Positions 1 through 35,402 of a DNA stretch of 64,000 nt are shown piece after piece. The stretch comes from Chrysomallon squamiferum (taxonomy: Eukaryota > Animalia > Mollusca), in assembly GCA_012295275.1 (NCBI GenBank), contig CM022679.1, forward strand, positions 5,022,001-5,086,000, read 5' to 3'. The notes below the pieces were generated by a model, which made no database searches, was not told where the DNA came from, and saw only the letters and a program-made list of their open reading frames with translations. The translations under genes and the position numbers were made by a program. The stretch's first letter is position 1. The number at the start of each line of letters is the position of its first letter.

Positions 1-227
1 TTCCAGCTCATTTTGCATTCAACATTTTCTCACTTTATCACACAATAAAAATCTGATTCATTTGAATGACAAGTTTTAAAATGAAAAATAAATGGACAGA
101 CCAGCTGATTCAAATAACTGTACATTAACTGGGCAGTGAAGTTAAACTAAGTTTCATGAAAGGTTGATGTTTATTAATTAACAATGAACACATCACTGTA
201 ACATACATTTAAATAAAATAGTATATA

Positions 228-451
228 CAGGGTGTCCACACAGTCTGGGTACATGGGGAATTTTACTATGTTATTTATTTATGTTATTTTTCTTACCAGA
301 TTGAATGATGGCTCTGTCTAAAGAATTATGCATTGAAAGTAATGGAAATCATATTGAAAACATTATTTATTAACATTAGAATTAAATAAAACTATTTTAT
401 TTTAAAAGTATGTGTTAATCCCTTATGTACCCAGACTTTGTGGACACCCTG
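228..451 (+). mobile_element. Tc1/mariner-derived MITE (internally deleted element)
   Basis: ~30-bp terminal inverted repeats (CAGGGTGTCCACACAGTCTGGGTACAT... / ...ATGTACCCAGACTTTGTGGACACCCTG) flanked by TA on both sides (226-227, 452-453). The interior keeps a transposase C-terminus-like remnant (LCIESNGNHIENIIY*). Confidence 0.85.
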
Positions 452-798
452 TATGTATATGTATTTAACTAATCACACAGTTATGGAGAGACATGTTGGT
501 GTGAACAAAAACAAACCCCAAAACAACAAGAAAAAAAGAATAAAAAAATAACATACACACAAAAAAAGGTTTTAAAAATGTGCTTTCCAAAAAGAATTAG
601 GTTTTTTTTTTTTTTTTTTTTCCAGACACAAGTGGAACAAAGTGCTTTGTTTAGGAAACAGATCTGTGGTTGCTCTGATAAGGTTTGATCCTACAAACCA
701 TGAAATTAAATGTTTCATTTCCAACAAAATCCTCCTGCCCCTAAACAAATACAAATTAAGTATTTCTGTAATATATTGATAGATTAAATGTTTAAAAG

Positions 799-834
<36 letters not shown>

Positions 835-2147
835 CTAACCATTTATTTTGTTCATATTAAAAGCACATTAGTCAAATAACATAACAAGGCATGAAAGCTG
901 ATGTATATATATTGTTTTATCAGGGGTGTCATATGCTAATAAAAATGTACCAAAAAAAACCCACATAAAAAAAAAAAAAAAAAAAAAGAACTCCAGAATA
1001 CTGATACTGTAAATTATAGCTAAGAATTATTTGACACTAACTAAATTCAAGGGAGTTTATTCCCTGTGATAAAATAATGCAGACCAGTTTTTGAGGCCAG
1101 CCCAAAATATTGTTAAAATATACAAGTGCAGTTATATGATCATGAAAATTTACACAAGTTTAATTATTCCTTATCTACAGTCATCTATGACATATCATAA
1201 ATTGTTAGGAAAATATTTAGAAGCATTGTGATATATACAATTTAAATACATCTGTACATAAATATACAGGCAATGCTTTACATATTTACAAAGTTTTTCA
1301 AATGAAAAATTCATTATATTTATAAGTTATTATGTTGTTATTATCTGACTAACCTAGAATCATTCATAACAAAGCAAGATAATAAAATAATGGTGTGATA
1401 AAAGATCTGAATTCTGCAGTTTTACTGTTTTACCTCATTATAACTGGAGTTGTGATGTCATTGTTTATGTGGTAGACTGAAACCTGTATTTGTCTTGCCC
1501 TTGTACTATGGACTGATACCAGTACACAACTGAAAATTGGCTGCATGCAGAAATTATAAAATACATTTTTTTTTTTTTGCTATAGCTTGTTGTTAATTAA
1601 AATTGGATACAAAATACAATGAAAAAAATCTGAAATTAAAACCCTATCCAAAAACAGCCTAATCTAGAAGCAAGCAGAATATATTTAGACTCTTTGTTCA
1701 TATCTCCAAACATATATGTTGATCAAAACTCCATTACACTTTAACCTGTTCTCTCTAATTCTGACCACATTTACTCCTCCACAAAACAGTGCAGCACCAG
1801 TACAGGCACTGCAATGGTTTTGTGCAACATCAAAACAATCAGACTGTCTCTCTTTCGTAGATTAAATGTTTAGCTGACATTAATATCAAACAACCATTTA
1901 TGAATTGTCCAGTGATGATATTTCAATTTTTTTTTTGTATTTGGCTGCATGGTAAATATTCACAATACAACATGAGCTTTAAAACCGTATTAAACTACTG
2001 TAACATTAACAATACATCAGTATTATTAGTTTTGCTGATGTTTGAGAGAGTACGCCTTCAGCATTAGGACTTGGAAGAGGGATGGGAAAACACCAAACAT
2101 TATTTTGTTATTCCCTGAAAAGTCACTTCCAGAGGTGGGTTTTTTTT

Positions 2148-16592
<14,445 letters not shown>

Positions 16593-17158
16593 GTCAATTA
16601 TTAATAATAGTATCTGTTGTGAAAAAAGCGCTGTATAAACAAAGTGTTTTGTGCTATGGAGCTGAAGAACTACGTCTGAACTCTATAACGCCATAGCAAT
16701 TTCGTCGTTCACTGTTAAATAAAGAACGCAGAAGCTTGCACTGTCAGCCATTTATGATTTTCGATAACACATTTTCATGACGTTGGAGCCATGACGTCAG
16801 GACAGGTTTTCACCTACATCATTAGATGTAATGTATATATATATGCAAAACTTTAATCTGAACGCAAGTTATGTGAAAAGAATGAAACTACAAAAGTTAT
16901 TAATTTTTTCTAACGATATCTCATCGTGTTGCTATGATATGGAAAATGCAGGATTAAAGAAAACGGACAAATTTTCCTTGACAGGGAACTGATTAAATAG
17001 AAAGAGAATTTATACATATACAAAAATAATTGAACAAAACAATTAAAAAAATGAACTGAATGAACAATAACTGAATTAATCTTAAGTTTACAGAAAGGGA
17101 AACTGAAAACATATTAAGTAAACGAATATAAACGGCCCCTGAGAGTTTATTTGCCACT
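16593..17158. promoter_or_regulatory. Putative bidirectional promoter between head-to-head TMC-A and TMC-B
   Basis: Divergent ATGs at 16592 (-) and 17159 (+). Locally CpG-containing, with a full CRE palindrome TGACGTCA at 16792-16799 and a half site TGACGT at 16778. Confidence 0.55.
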
Positions 17159-26773
<9,615 letters not shown>

Positions 26774-27943
26774 CAGACTAAATACCTTGAACACTGGGAA
26801 CACTGAAGTGAGCTCAAAGGAAATACAGAACCATTTAGTGGAGTAGTGATGTGATCTCAAAACACTGAATATAATACAAGCATCTTGAACACTTTTACGA
26901 ACAATATTATTACATGTGAAGTGATCAGTTTTAGATATAAAATTATTATATGTAAAATGATCACTTTTAGATTTAAAGTTTCTATATCTGAAGTGATCGT
27001 TTTTGGAAATAAAATGATTGTGTGAGACCACAGTTTGATATAAAATGGTCCCATACTGATATAATATGATTATATGTGAAGCATTATACTTGTGAAAACC
27101 ATTCTTAACAACCTGCATATGGAAAATTATGATTTTTAAATACAAATGTGAAAATATGACTGTATATCATTTATATGTGAACCTGTTTCATTATACATCA
27201 GAATGAAAAAACCCCAAAACATCAAACAAAACATACTGACTTAAGTTTTTATTATATAAAATGGTGATTTTCCTTTTTCTTTTCTTTTTTTTTTTTGTAT
27301 TTCTGGATGTAAATTTCTTTAATGAATATCAGTTTGTAGGAAATAAAGTTACTTCATTTATCTATATCTGAAAAATATTATCAGAATTTTATATGATGAA
27401 AATTAGACACCTTTCAATATTCTCTATGCAAAATACAGTGATTTTTTTCACATAAAGATGAATAACTATTAAAAACAATTTTTATAATCATACATTTGAA
27501 GAAAGTTTTTGTATAGCTGCAGTTCAAAATATAACTGTCACACTGAATCTAATGATAAATAACAACATTTATTTTTATTTTCTATATGTATAACAGTCAA
27601 GACATTTTTTTTCTAGTTTTCCTGTTATTCTTATTCTACTAGATTAAAATATAAAAATAAAAAAAAACATATTTGTTAATTATTGTTTGTTTGTTTGTTT
27701 CATTTTATTATTATTATTATTGTGTGTGTGTGTGTGTGTGTGTGTTGTGATTTCAGTAGGAATTTTATTGATCATAAAGTTTAAGCTGCAATGTAATTTT
27801 AATGTAGAATAATAATTATGATAAAGCACATACTCATTAGAATACAATAACAGTTGAAAACTAATTGAATGTCTAATTCATATAAACAATAGGCATCAAT
27901 AAATTTAAATAACAACAACAACAACAACAACAATAACAATAAC

Positions 27944-27992
<49 letters not shown>

Positions 27993-28135
27993 GTAATAAT
28001 AATAATAATGTCCCTATCAATTCTCCTGCCCACCAAAAATGATTTTCTTTTTCTTTTTAGTATTCTTTTTCGTTGTTCATACAATGTTTATACAAATCTT
28101 CATATTGGACTGGTAATAAGCTGTGTATGTCACCG

Positions 28136-28168
<33 letters not shown>

Positions 28169-28354
28169 CTTATTTACTAAAACAAAGGAGGATAAATATT
28201 TTTTAAATATTTCAATAGTTTTGCTACTTTAGGTAAGGTGGGTTTGTGAAACAATATGTAAATACTTGTAATTTGAAATTAAAATTTTTTGCAGGATACC
28301 TGAGCGAGAGAAAGAGAGAAGTGCCTTAGAAGCTACATTGTCAAAACATATTTT

Positions 28355-28423
<69 letters not shown>

Positions 28424-29246
28424 TTAATTTGCTTTGATCCTTTGGCATCTTGCTCGCGTTTGCATTCAAAATAAAAATTATAAAATAATGGTTTAAAAAG
28501 AAACTCATGGGGATACGGCTCTAAATCTTTAGACGTTTAAGTAGTGGATTACTACATTTCTAACATAAAATTAAAAGTCAGATTTGTAGGTGTGTGTGTG
28601 TGGGGGGATCTCTTTTCCTTTCTCTCAGTTTTGTTTGTTTCTTTTTTTAACACTCACCTGTAATCTTTCTTTGGATGCTAAGTTTTTCAAGAGAGCACCC
28701 CCATATGCCCAGTATCCCCCACAACAAGACGGAAATACGTCAGCCGATAAATTTGCTGTATTTGCTAAGATTACGAAACCGTACATAATATTAAACATAA
28801 AAGTAATTGGTGAATTTCTTGTTTTTTTCTTTCTTTCTTTCTTCTTGTTTGCTTCTTGTGTTGTTTTATTTGTCACTGTGTTTTCTTTAACTGTTACTTA
28901 TTATTTTAAAATAAATATTTGCATTAAATTTTGCACATTTTGCACTGTTTATTACTTAGTCATAACTAAATAACTAGAAAACAGTGTAAGAATTAAACTC
29001 TTGATATCAAACAAAATAAAAACAAAGAAAACCCACGTAACTTCTATATTATTTTATCATCGAACAATATCAAGAAAATTTTGACATTATCTTGATTATA
29101 GAAATATTTTTAAATTGATATTCTTAAACGGAATCACAATAAAAATAAATTTATACACATATCAGAGAATGATAATGTTACAGAAGATTTTAACGCGTTA
29201 AAGTTTCAACGCAAAAAACACAGTTCCTTGTTGGCGTAGTTGTGTC

Positions 29247-29301
29247 TATATAAGGACGACAAAAATGGAATGACGTAAGCCTGAGGGTTCTTTTTATAAA
29301 A
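29247..29301 (+). promoter_or_regulatory. TATA-box promoter with ATF/CRE-like site, hairpin unit 1
   Basis: TATATAAG 29247-29254, TGACGTAA 29271-29278, TATAAAA 29295-29301. All are conserved in copy 2 (34962, 34986, 35010). Confidence 0.55.
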
Positions 29302-29687
29302 CAATTGAACATCCACTACCCCGTTGGTTTATATCCGGGATGTGGAAAAACGGGACGCTGATTAAACAGCAAATCTCAAGGAGTGTTTCTTTGTTCACTG
29401 GATTCTGCATCCTGCATCTTGGTGCTGTGTTTGGTTGGAAATCGTCTTCAAAACTGATTGTTGATGATCCGTTCCGAGGTTCATTACTACGGTTAGAGGT
29501 CGGGACACCCCGAACTTTCCAGAACGTGGCCGAAGGGAGGATCTTCTGCAATCAAAAGCGAAGACGACTCCAGCATTCTGCAGCTCTCAACGATGACAGG
29601 ATGAAATCCAGAGACCGAGAGAAACAAAAAATAAATAAAATAAAAATATCCCCACCCCAAAACCCCGGCCCTTTTCAGGGCCACCAA
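29280..29687 (+). ncRNA. Candidate long-hairpin RNA gene 1 ending in a histone-type 3' stem-loop
   Basis: Rod-like foldback 29384-29626 around an axis at ~29506 (TGTTTCT/AGAAACA, CTGGATT/AATCCAG, CATCCTG/CAGGATG, TCGTCTTC/GAAGACGA, TGATTG/CAATCA, GATCC/GGATC, TCGGG-acac-CCCGA), followed by GGCCCTTTTCAGGGCC-ACCA. Transcription is inferred, not shown. Confidence 0.55.
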
Positions 29688-29699
29688 ATCTTAAGAAAA
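29667..29699 (+). terminator. Replication-dependent histone mRNA 3' stem-loop plus purine-rich downstream element
   Basis: AAAACCCC-GGCCCT-TTTC-AGGGCC-ACCA matches the SLBP-binding consensus (6-bp stem, UUUC loop, AC-rich flanks). AAGAAAA lies ~10 nt downstream. Confidence 0.85.
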
Positions 29700-31149
29700 C
29701 GTATTTTCAAACAACTGCTGTTAAATAGTAATAAAATAAAAAGAATAATAATCTGTTTATGATAATAAAATTAATTATGCTACATAAACAAACAAATAAA
29801 TAAAATAAAATGAATGATAATTCGTACTAATAATACCTAATAATAACAATGTCAAATTTCATAAGCTAAATATGATTTAATTAGAACAGTTTATGATAAA
29901 TGTAACATTCAAATATACTATTTACTGAAATTAAATAAATTACTCGTATGTAAATAAAAAAAAAAAATAATAAAAAAAAAAAAAAAATAAATTATATTAC
30001 TGAATAAAATTAGTTATTTATGATATTTTTGTCGTTTTCTTTTACAGAAGCAATAGGAATGAAAAAGAAACATGAACTGCTTTCTTCTTTTCTTTTATTC
30101 TTTCTTTGACTGTTTTTTTTTTGTTGTTGTTTATTTTGTGGCGGTTTTGTGGGTTTTTTGATAGATAGATGGGACTGATGTAAATTGTTCATTATTCGAA
30201 TTAGTATGCACACTTCAAATTAAAAAACACTTCACTTAAAAAACTTGTCTGTTGATATCTTGATGAATTTGAAATAACCAGTTTAAATAATAATAGTAAC
30301 AACAACAATAATAATAATAATAAATTATTTAAAACAAAAGTATTAATCTGGATCTATTTGTTTCCTATTGTTTTTTCATCACATGTAAAACTAAATTTTG
30401 TAGTAAATGATACAGACTGAGTAAGGTTTAGAAAACGCGTCACTGTTTTGAATGATTACGTCACAAATTCATTAGCTTAATGCAACCGTCAAGTGGTTGT
30501 GCTAGTGTGTGCTTTGTTTATTTGTTTTTCTATTTACAGTTTCAATATATGCACAAAAGGTATGTACATTTCATATTCCAGATTCTTAATGATATATAAG
30601 GCATCTTAAAACATTGCTAAAAAAACCAGCATTGATTTTAAAATCTATATTAAATATGCAGTCAGTTATAAATTTTGTTTCAACCTGGTGTTTTTTTAAT
30701 TGGCGTCAAGGAAATATTGACATCATGCGGATAAAAATATAAATACTGAAAACAGAAACATATAACAAATATACACATATATCTGACATAAAGTATTATT
30801 ACGGTACCACATTCTAAAACTGTAAAGTTTCGAAGACAAAAACACAACTCCATCACGGATGGCGACGTCACGAGAACGTTTGCCGCTTGTTTACTAATTA
30901 CGTCACATGTTTGTGCTTCTATGGTCAATTCATCGGCGTGTATATAAGACAGAACTGTTAGCCAGGCAATTTAGATTCCCGTGCCCACATCTGTGCCTTG
31001 AGAAGCCCCTCAGATGAATGAGAAAATGTATATCCTGTTTCTTTGAACGTCAAATACTGGCGGCTGAAGTGGCAGACCTGAGAAACCTCGAAAGAATGAG
31101 AAAATGTAATTCTTTGTTCTCAAGTACTGGCGACTCGAGAGACACACCT

Positions 31150-32150
31150 AAAGAAGCTGAAGATTCCGGTGCGCCTAGCAAAGATAATATACGAACCGGT
31201 GGATGAATCCTCGGCAGACTTACACTGGCGACTTAAACTGAAGAAACGAAGCTGAAGATTCCGGTACGCCTAGGCAAAGATAATATACACACCGGTGGAT
31301 GAACCCTCGGCAGACCTACATTGCAGGCTTAAACTGAAGAAACGATGCTGAACATTCCGGTGCGCATAGTAAGGCCTATATGCGCACCGGAATGTTCAGT
31401 TTTGTTTCTTCAATTTAAGCCTCCAATGTAGTCTCCCGAAGATTCATCCATCGGTGTGTACATTATCAATGCGCACCGGTGGATGAACCCTCGGCAGACT
31501 TACATTGGAGGCTTAAATTGAACAAACGAAGCTGAACATTCCTGTGCGCATAGTAAGGCCTATATGCGCACCGGAATGTTCAGTTTTGTTTGTTCAGTCT
31601 AAGTCTCCAGTGTAGTCTCCCGAGGGTTCATCCATCGGTGTGCGCACTGGAATCTTCAGCTTTGTTTCTTCATTCTAAGCCTCCAGTGTAGTCTCCCGAG
31701 GGTTCATCCATCGGCGCATATTATCTATCCGGACAGGTGAATGAGCCCTCGGCTGGAGGCTGAAGTTGAAGAAACGAAGCTGAAGATTCCGATGAATGAA
31801 CCCACGGCAGACATTCATTGGAGACTGAAGTTGAAGAAACGAAGCTGAAGATTCCGGTGAATGAACCCACGGCAGACATTCATTGGAGACTTAGATCGTA
31901 GAAATGAGGCTGAAGATTCCGGTGCGCATAGCAAAGATAATATGCGCACCGGCGGATGAACCCACGGCAGACATTCATTGGAGGCTGAAGTTGAAGAAAC
32001 GAAGCTGAAGATTCCGGTGAATGAACCCACGGCAGACATTCATTGGAGACTTAAGTTGAAGAAACGAGGCTGAAGATTCCGGTGAGCGTAGCAAAGATAA
32101 TATACACACCGGCGGATGAACCCTCGGCGGACATACACTGGAGGCTGAGA
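31150..32150. repeat. Array of ~61/88-bp units in direct and inverted orientation (two ~180-nt hairpins at 31279-31467 and 31471-31643)
   Basis: Unit core GAAGAAACGAAGCTGAAGATTCCGGTG(..)ATGAACCC.CGGCAGAC.T.CA.TGGAG. Perfect 21-bp inverted repeat CTGAACATTCCGGTGCGCATA (31348-31368) / TATGCGCACCGGAATGTTCAG (31379-31399). Confidence 0.92.
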
Positions 32151-32189
32151 AAACAACAAAGAGTCGAACTCTTCAAGAAGATATTTGTT

Positions 32190-32925
32190 TATCTGTGGGG
32201 AGACGGAGAAGATGTAGCGGAAAACTGGTAAAGCACTAGCAACAACCCAGGAACTGTGAAACACTCCAAAAAGACATTCGTGCCAAAGGGAGAGACAGTT
32301 TTCACCAGCATCAACGATGCTTCAACAGTCAAAATATTTGCCACTGCATCCACTTCGTCTGTGGGGAGACGGAGAAGATGCAGCGGAAAAGTGGAAAAGC
32401 ACTAGCAACAACCCAGGAACTGTGAAAAACTCCAAAAAGACATTCGTGCCAAAGGGAGAGACAGTTTTCACCAGCATCAACGATGCTTCAACAGTCAAAA
32501 TATGTGCAGGCCACTGCATCCACTTCGTCTGTGGGGAGACGGAGAAGATGCAGCGGAAAAGTGGAAAAGCACTAGCAACAACCCAGGAACTGTGAAAAAC
32601 TCCAAAAAGACATTAGCGCCAAAGGGAGAGACAGTTTTCACCAGCATCAACTATGTCCATATGCAGGACATTGCTTCCAGTTTGTCAGTGGGGAGACAGA
32701 GAAGATACAGATAAACAGTGGCAAGGCACTAGCAACAGCCCGTGAATTGTGAAACACTCCAGAAAGATATGTTACACCAGAGGGGGAGACAGTTTTCAGC
32801 ACCATGAACGATTCTTCAACAGTCAGTGTCCATATGCAGGACATTGCTTCCAGTTTGTCAGTGGGGAGACAGAGGAGATATAGATGAAATGGGTGAAGGC
32901 ATAGCAAGAAACCTCTAATTGTGAA
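32190..32925 (+). repeat. ~170-bp tandem repeat, ~4.3 copies
   Basis: GTGGGGAGAC.GAGAAGAT recurs at ~32195, 32361, 32531, 32688 and 32861. Unit lengths (~158-171) are mostly not multiples of 3. Confidence 0.92.
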
Positions 32926-33889
32926 ATTGTTAATGAACATTAAATATAATATCGCGATGAACATTGTAAAATTTCGCGAATTTAAATTGTAATGGAAATT
33001 AAAAATCTGTATAATAAAATAATTATATAAAATGCATTTTATTTGTTATTATTTTATTTATTTATTTATTAATTATATATTTCTTTAAATTTTACTTTTT
33101 CTTTTGTTACATATCTAGAGATGATTCATGGAATATCGCTGTTTATATTTAATAAGTTTATTTTTAAAGATCCAATTCTGCAAGGAAAACAGTGGAACTA
33201 TAATTAATTCTTGCATACATACATACATACATATAAATCTTCAATATATATAGTTTACGGAGCAAGAAATACAGAGATTACCACTTAACAATTATTGGTT
33301 TATGGAGTATTTTGATATAAAACAAAAAACTTAGAAAAAGTAAAATATATATTAATTACATTTGTCAGTGTAGTTGACAGAAATTATTAGTGGGTGTGAC
33401 ACTGTAACTTTGACTGTTGTTTTTTTTCTTCTTTTTTAATTCCTCATTAAATGGTACTTTAGGTTACTCAACTTTCGTTAACAGCTAATTTGTTAATTAA
33501 ATTTATTCAAAATAAATAAATGAATATGTTTATAATTACATATTCTGTATTAGTCCTTGTTGAGTATACAGTCTTTGTTAAGCAGAAATCATATTTTATT
33601 GATACTGTAATATGATCCAAGGTACATAAATATATTGTTATTCACTGGTTGCATGCATATATATCAAGTAATAAGTGGTATTTCTCAAATCACACAAGTG
33701 GTGGAGTAATTATATTCTGTTACTGGCTGGCAACATTTAGAAAGTTCACACACTCTGATTAGCTCCTTTCTGTCTCTTACGAATAGCTCGTATTGAAATG
33801 TATCTATTTGTTTTTTAGTACGAATGTATGTACGTATGCATATGTGTATGTATTTAGGTAAGAATATTCTCTGTATTATGTACATCTAT

Positions 33890-33985
33890 TTAGATCCTGA
33901 ACAAGGACAATATCCAGGAACATGTAAACTGAATTGGCACAGGATAACATCAGAATCCGCTCACGAGACTCGAACCTGTGGAGAA
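33890..33985 (-). mobile_element. Possible tRNA-SINE fragment
   Basis: B-box GGTTCGAGTC on the minus strand (GACTCGAACC at ~33967-33976) in a short GC-richer patch. Confidence 0.25.
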
Positions 33986-34994
33986 TGAAATCAGTGTCAC
34001 AAAAGGTTTAAAGTGAAAGTATCAGCCGTGGTTCTGTTGTCCCATGTCAAAAGATCTCTTGGCACATTCTGACAGTTTCACATCAACCAATGTTCCTGTA
34101 AGTTATTCAAGGAAAGGAAGGTGAGAAAGAAGAAAAGAAAGTAGAAATAAAACTAATAAAGATAAAAACAAGGAAAGAATAAGGAACTAGAAGTAAAATA
34201 AATAGAAAAATTGAGAATCAACGTATCAAGTAAAAATGTTTAATCAGAAAATAACAATGTTTATATGTATGTATGTATGTATGTATGTCTATGTATGTAT
34301 TTATGCTTTCTTCTGTCGTTCATGAATAAAGGAGATATCAAACGTACAGAGTATGCATCAAAATGTTTGACGATAAGACCCCCCTTATCCCCAGCTTTCC
34401 CCCGCCACCTAACAAAAGTAAATATGATTACGTCAGACCCTAAATTCGCTGGATTTACTAACATTACAGAACCGTGCACAAATTAAAAACAAAATTACAT
34501 TTTTTTTGCACTTTAATTCTTCTTCTTCTTAGTTTTTTTTTTTCTTGTCTCGTTCTTCTTTAATAATTAATTATTATTTTTGAATCAATGTATTCATTGA
34601 ACAATTCACATTTTATACTGTTTATTACTTAGTCGTAACTAAATAACTAGAAAACACTGTCAGAAGTGAACTGGTTGTATTAAACAGAATAAAAACAAAG
34701 AAAACCACTATAAATTCTGTATTATTTTATCTTTCTTTGAATAATATCTCGAAAGTTTCGACATTATCTTGATTACAGAAATATTTTTATAATGTATTCT
34801 TAAACAGAATCACATCAAAAATACTTATATACACATATCAGAGAATGATAATATTACAGAAGATTTTAACGCGAAAAAACTTGAACGGAAAAAAACACAA
34901 GTCCTTGTTGTCGACGCCATTGCTAAACTCAAGGTGACTTCTTTTACGTCCGCTTTCTGTCTATATAAGGACGACAAAAATGGAATGACGTAAG

Positions 34995-35402
34995 CCTGAG
35001 GGTTCTTTTTATAAAACAATTGAACATCCACTACCCCGTCGATTTATATCCGGGATGTGGAAAAACAAGACGCTGACTAAACAGCTAATCTCCAGGAGTG
35101 TTTCTTTGTTCACTGGATCCTGCATCCTGCATCTTGGTGCTGTGTTTGGTTGGAAATCGTCTTCAAAACTGATTGTTGATGATCCACTCCGGGGTTCATT
35201 ACTACGGTTAGAGGTCGGGACACCCCGAACTTTCCAGAACGTGGCCGAAGGGAGGATCTTCTGCAATCAAAAGCGAAAACGACTCAAGCATTCTGCAGCT
35301 CTCAACGATGTCAGGATGGAATCCAGTGACCAAATGAAACAAAAAATAAATAAAACAAAAATATTCCCACCCCAAAACCCCGGCCCTTTTCAGGGCCACC
35401 AA
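34995..35402 (+). ncRNA. Candidate long-hairpin RNA gene 2 ending in a histone-type 3' stem-loop
   Basis: Foldback 35099-35341 (TCACTGGAT/ATCCAGTGA, CATCCTG/CAGGATG, TGATTG/CAATCA, TCGGG/CCCGA) with the same TATA/CRE promoter and stem-loop at 35382-35397. Confidence 0.55.

Larger units (their letters stand above)
28660..29730 (+). repeat. Copy 1 of a ~1.1-kb local direct duplication (copy 2 at ~34340-35450)
   Basis: Colinear matches such as TACGTCAG..TAAATT.GCTG, ACTGTTTATTACTTAGTC.TAACTAAATAACTAGAAAAC and TATACACATATCAGAGAATGATAAT, plus a near-identical GC-richer core at offset 5715. Confidence 0.92.
30940..33020 (+). ncRNA. Candidate structured repeat-array (hpRNA-like) transcript
   Basis: TATATAAG at ~30941 behind a promoter homologous to units 1 and 2. 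The body is ~61/88-bp repeats in both orientations, then ~170-bp tandem repeats, with AATAAA at ~33013. No continuous ORF. Confidence 0.45.

Noticed and set aside
29440-29470. Hairpin arm resembling TMC-B exon 9 (…CTGATTGTT…), which would suggest cis-targeting of the TMC genes
   Set aside because: Only ~9-10 nt match, expected by chance; a proper target search is needed.
29340-29690. Canonical histone gene upstream of the stem-loop
   Set aside because: No frame gives a recognisable H1, H2A, H2B, H3 or H4 sequence, and no long ORF stops before the stem-loop.
31150-32150. Hammerhead ribozyme/retrozyme (CTGAAGA fits CUGANGA, and GAAAC occurs in each unit)
   Set aside because: GAAA does not directly follow the stem after CUGAAGA, and I could not build stems I and III with a UH cleavage site.
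32317-32714. Repeat protein encoded by the 170-bp array
   Set aside because: Unit lengths shift the frame and stops recur.
31150-32925. CRISPR-like array
   Set aside because: Eukaryotic context, no unique spacers, whole units are repeated, and no cas genes.
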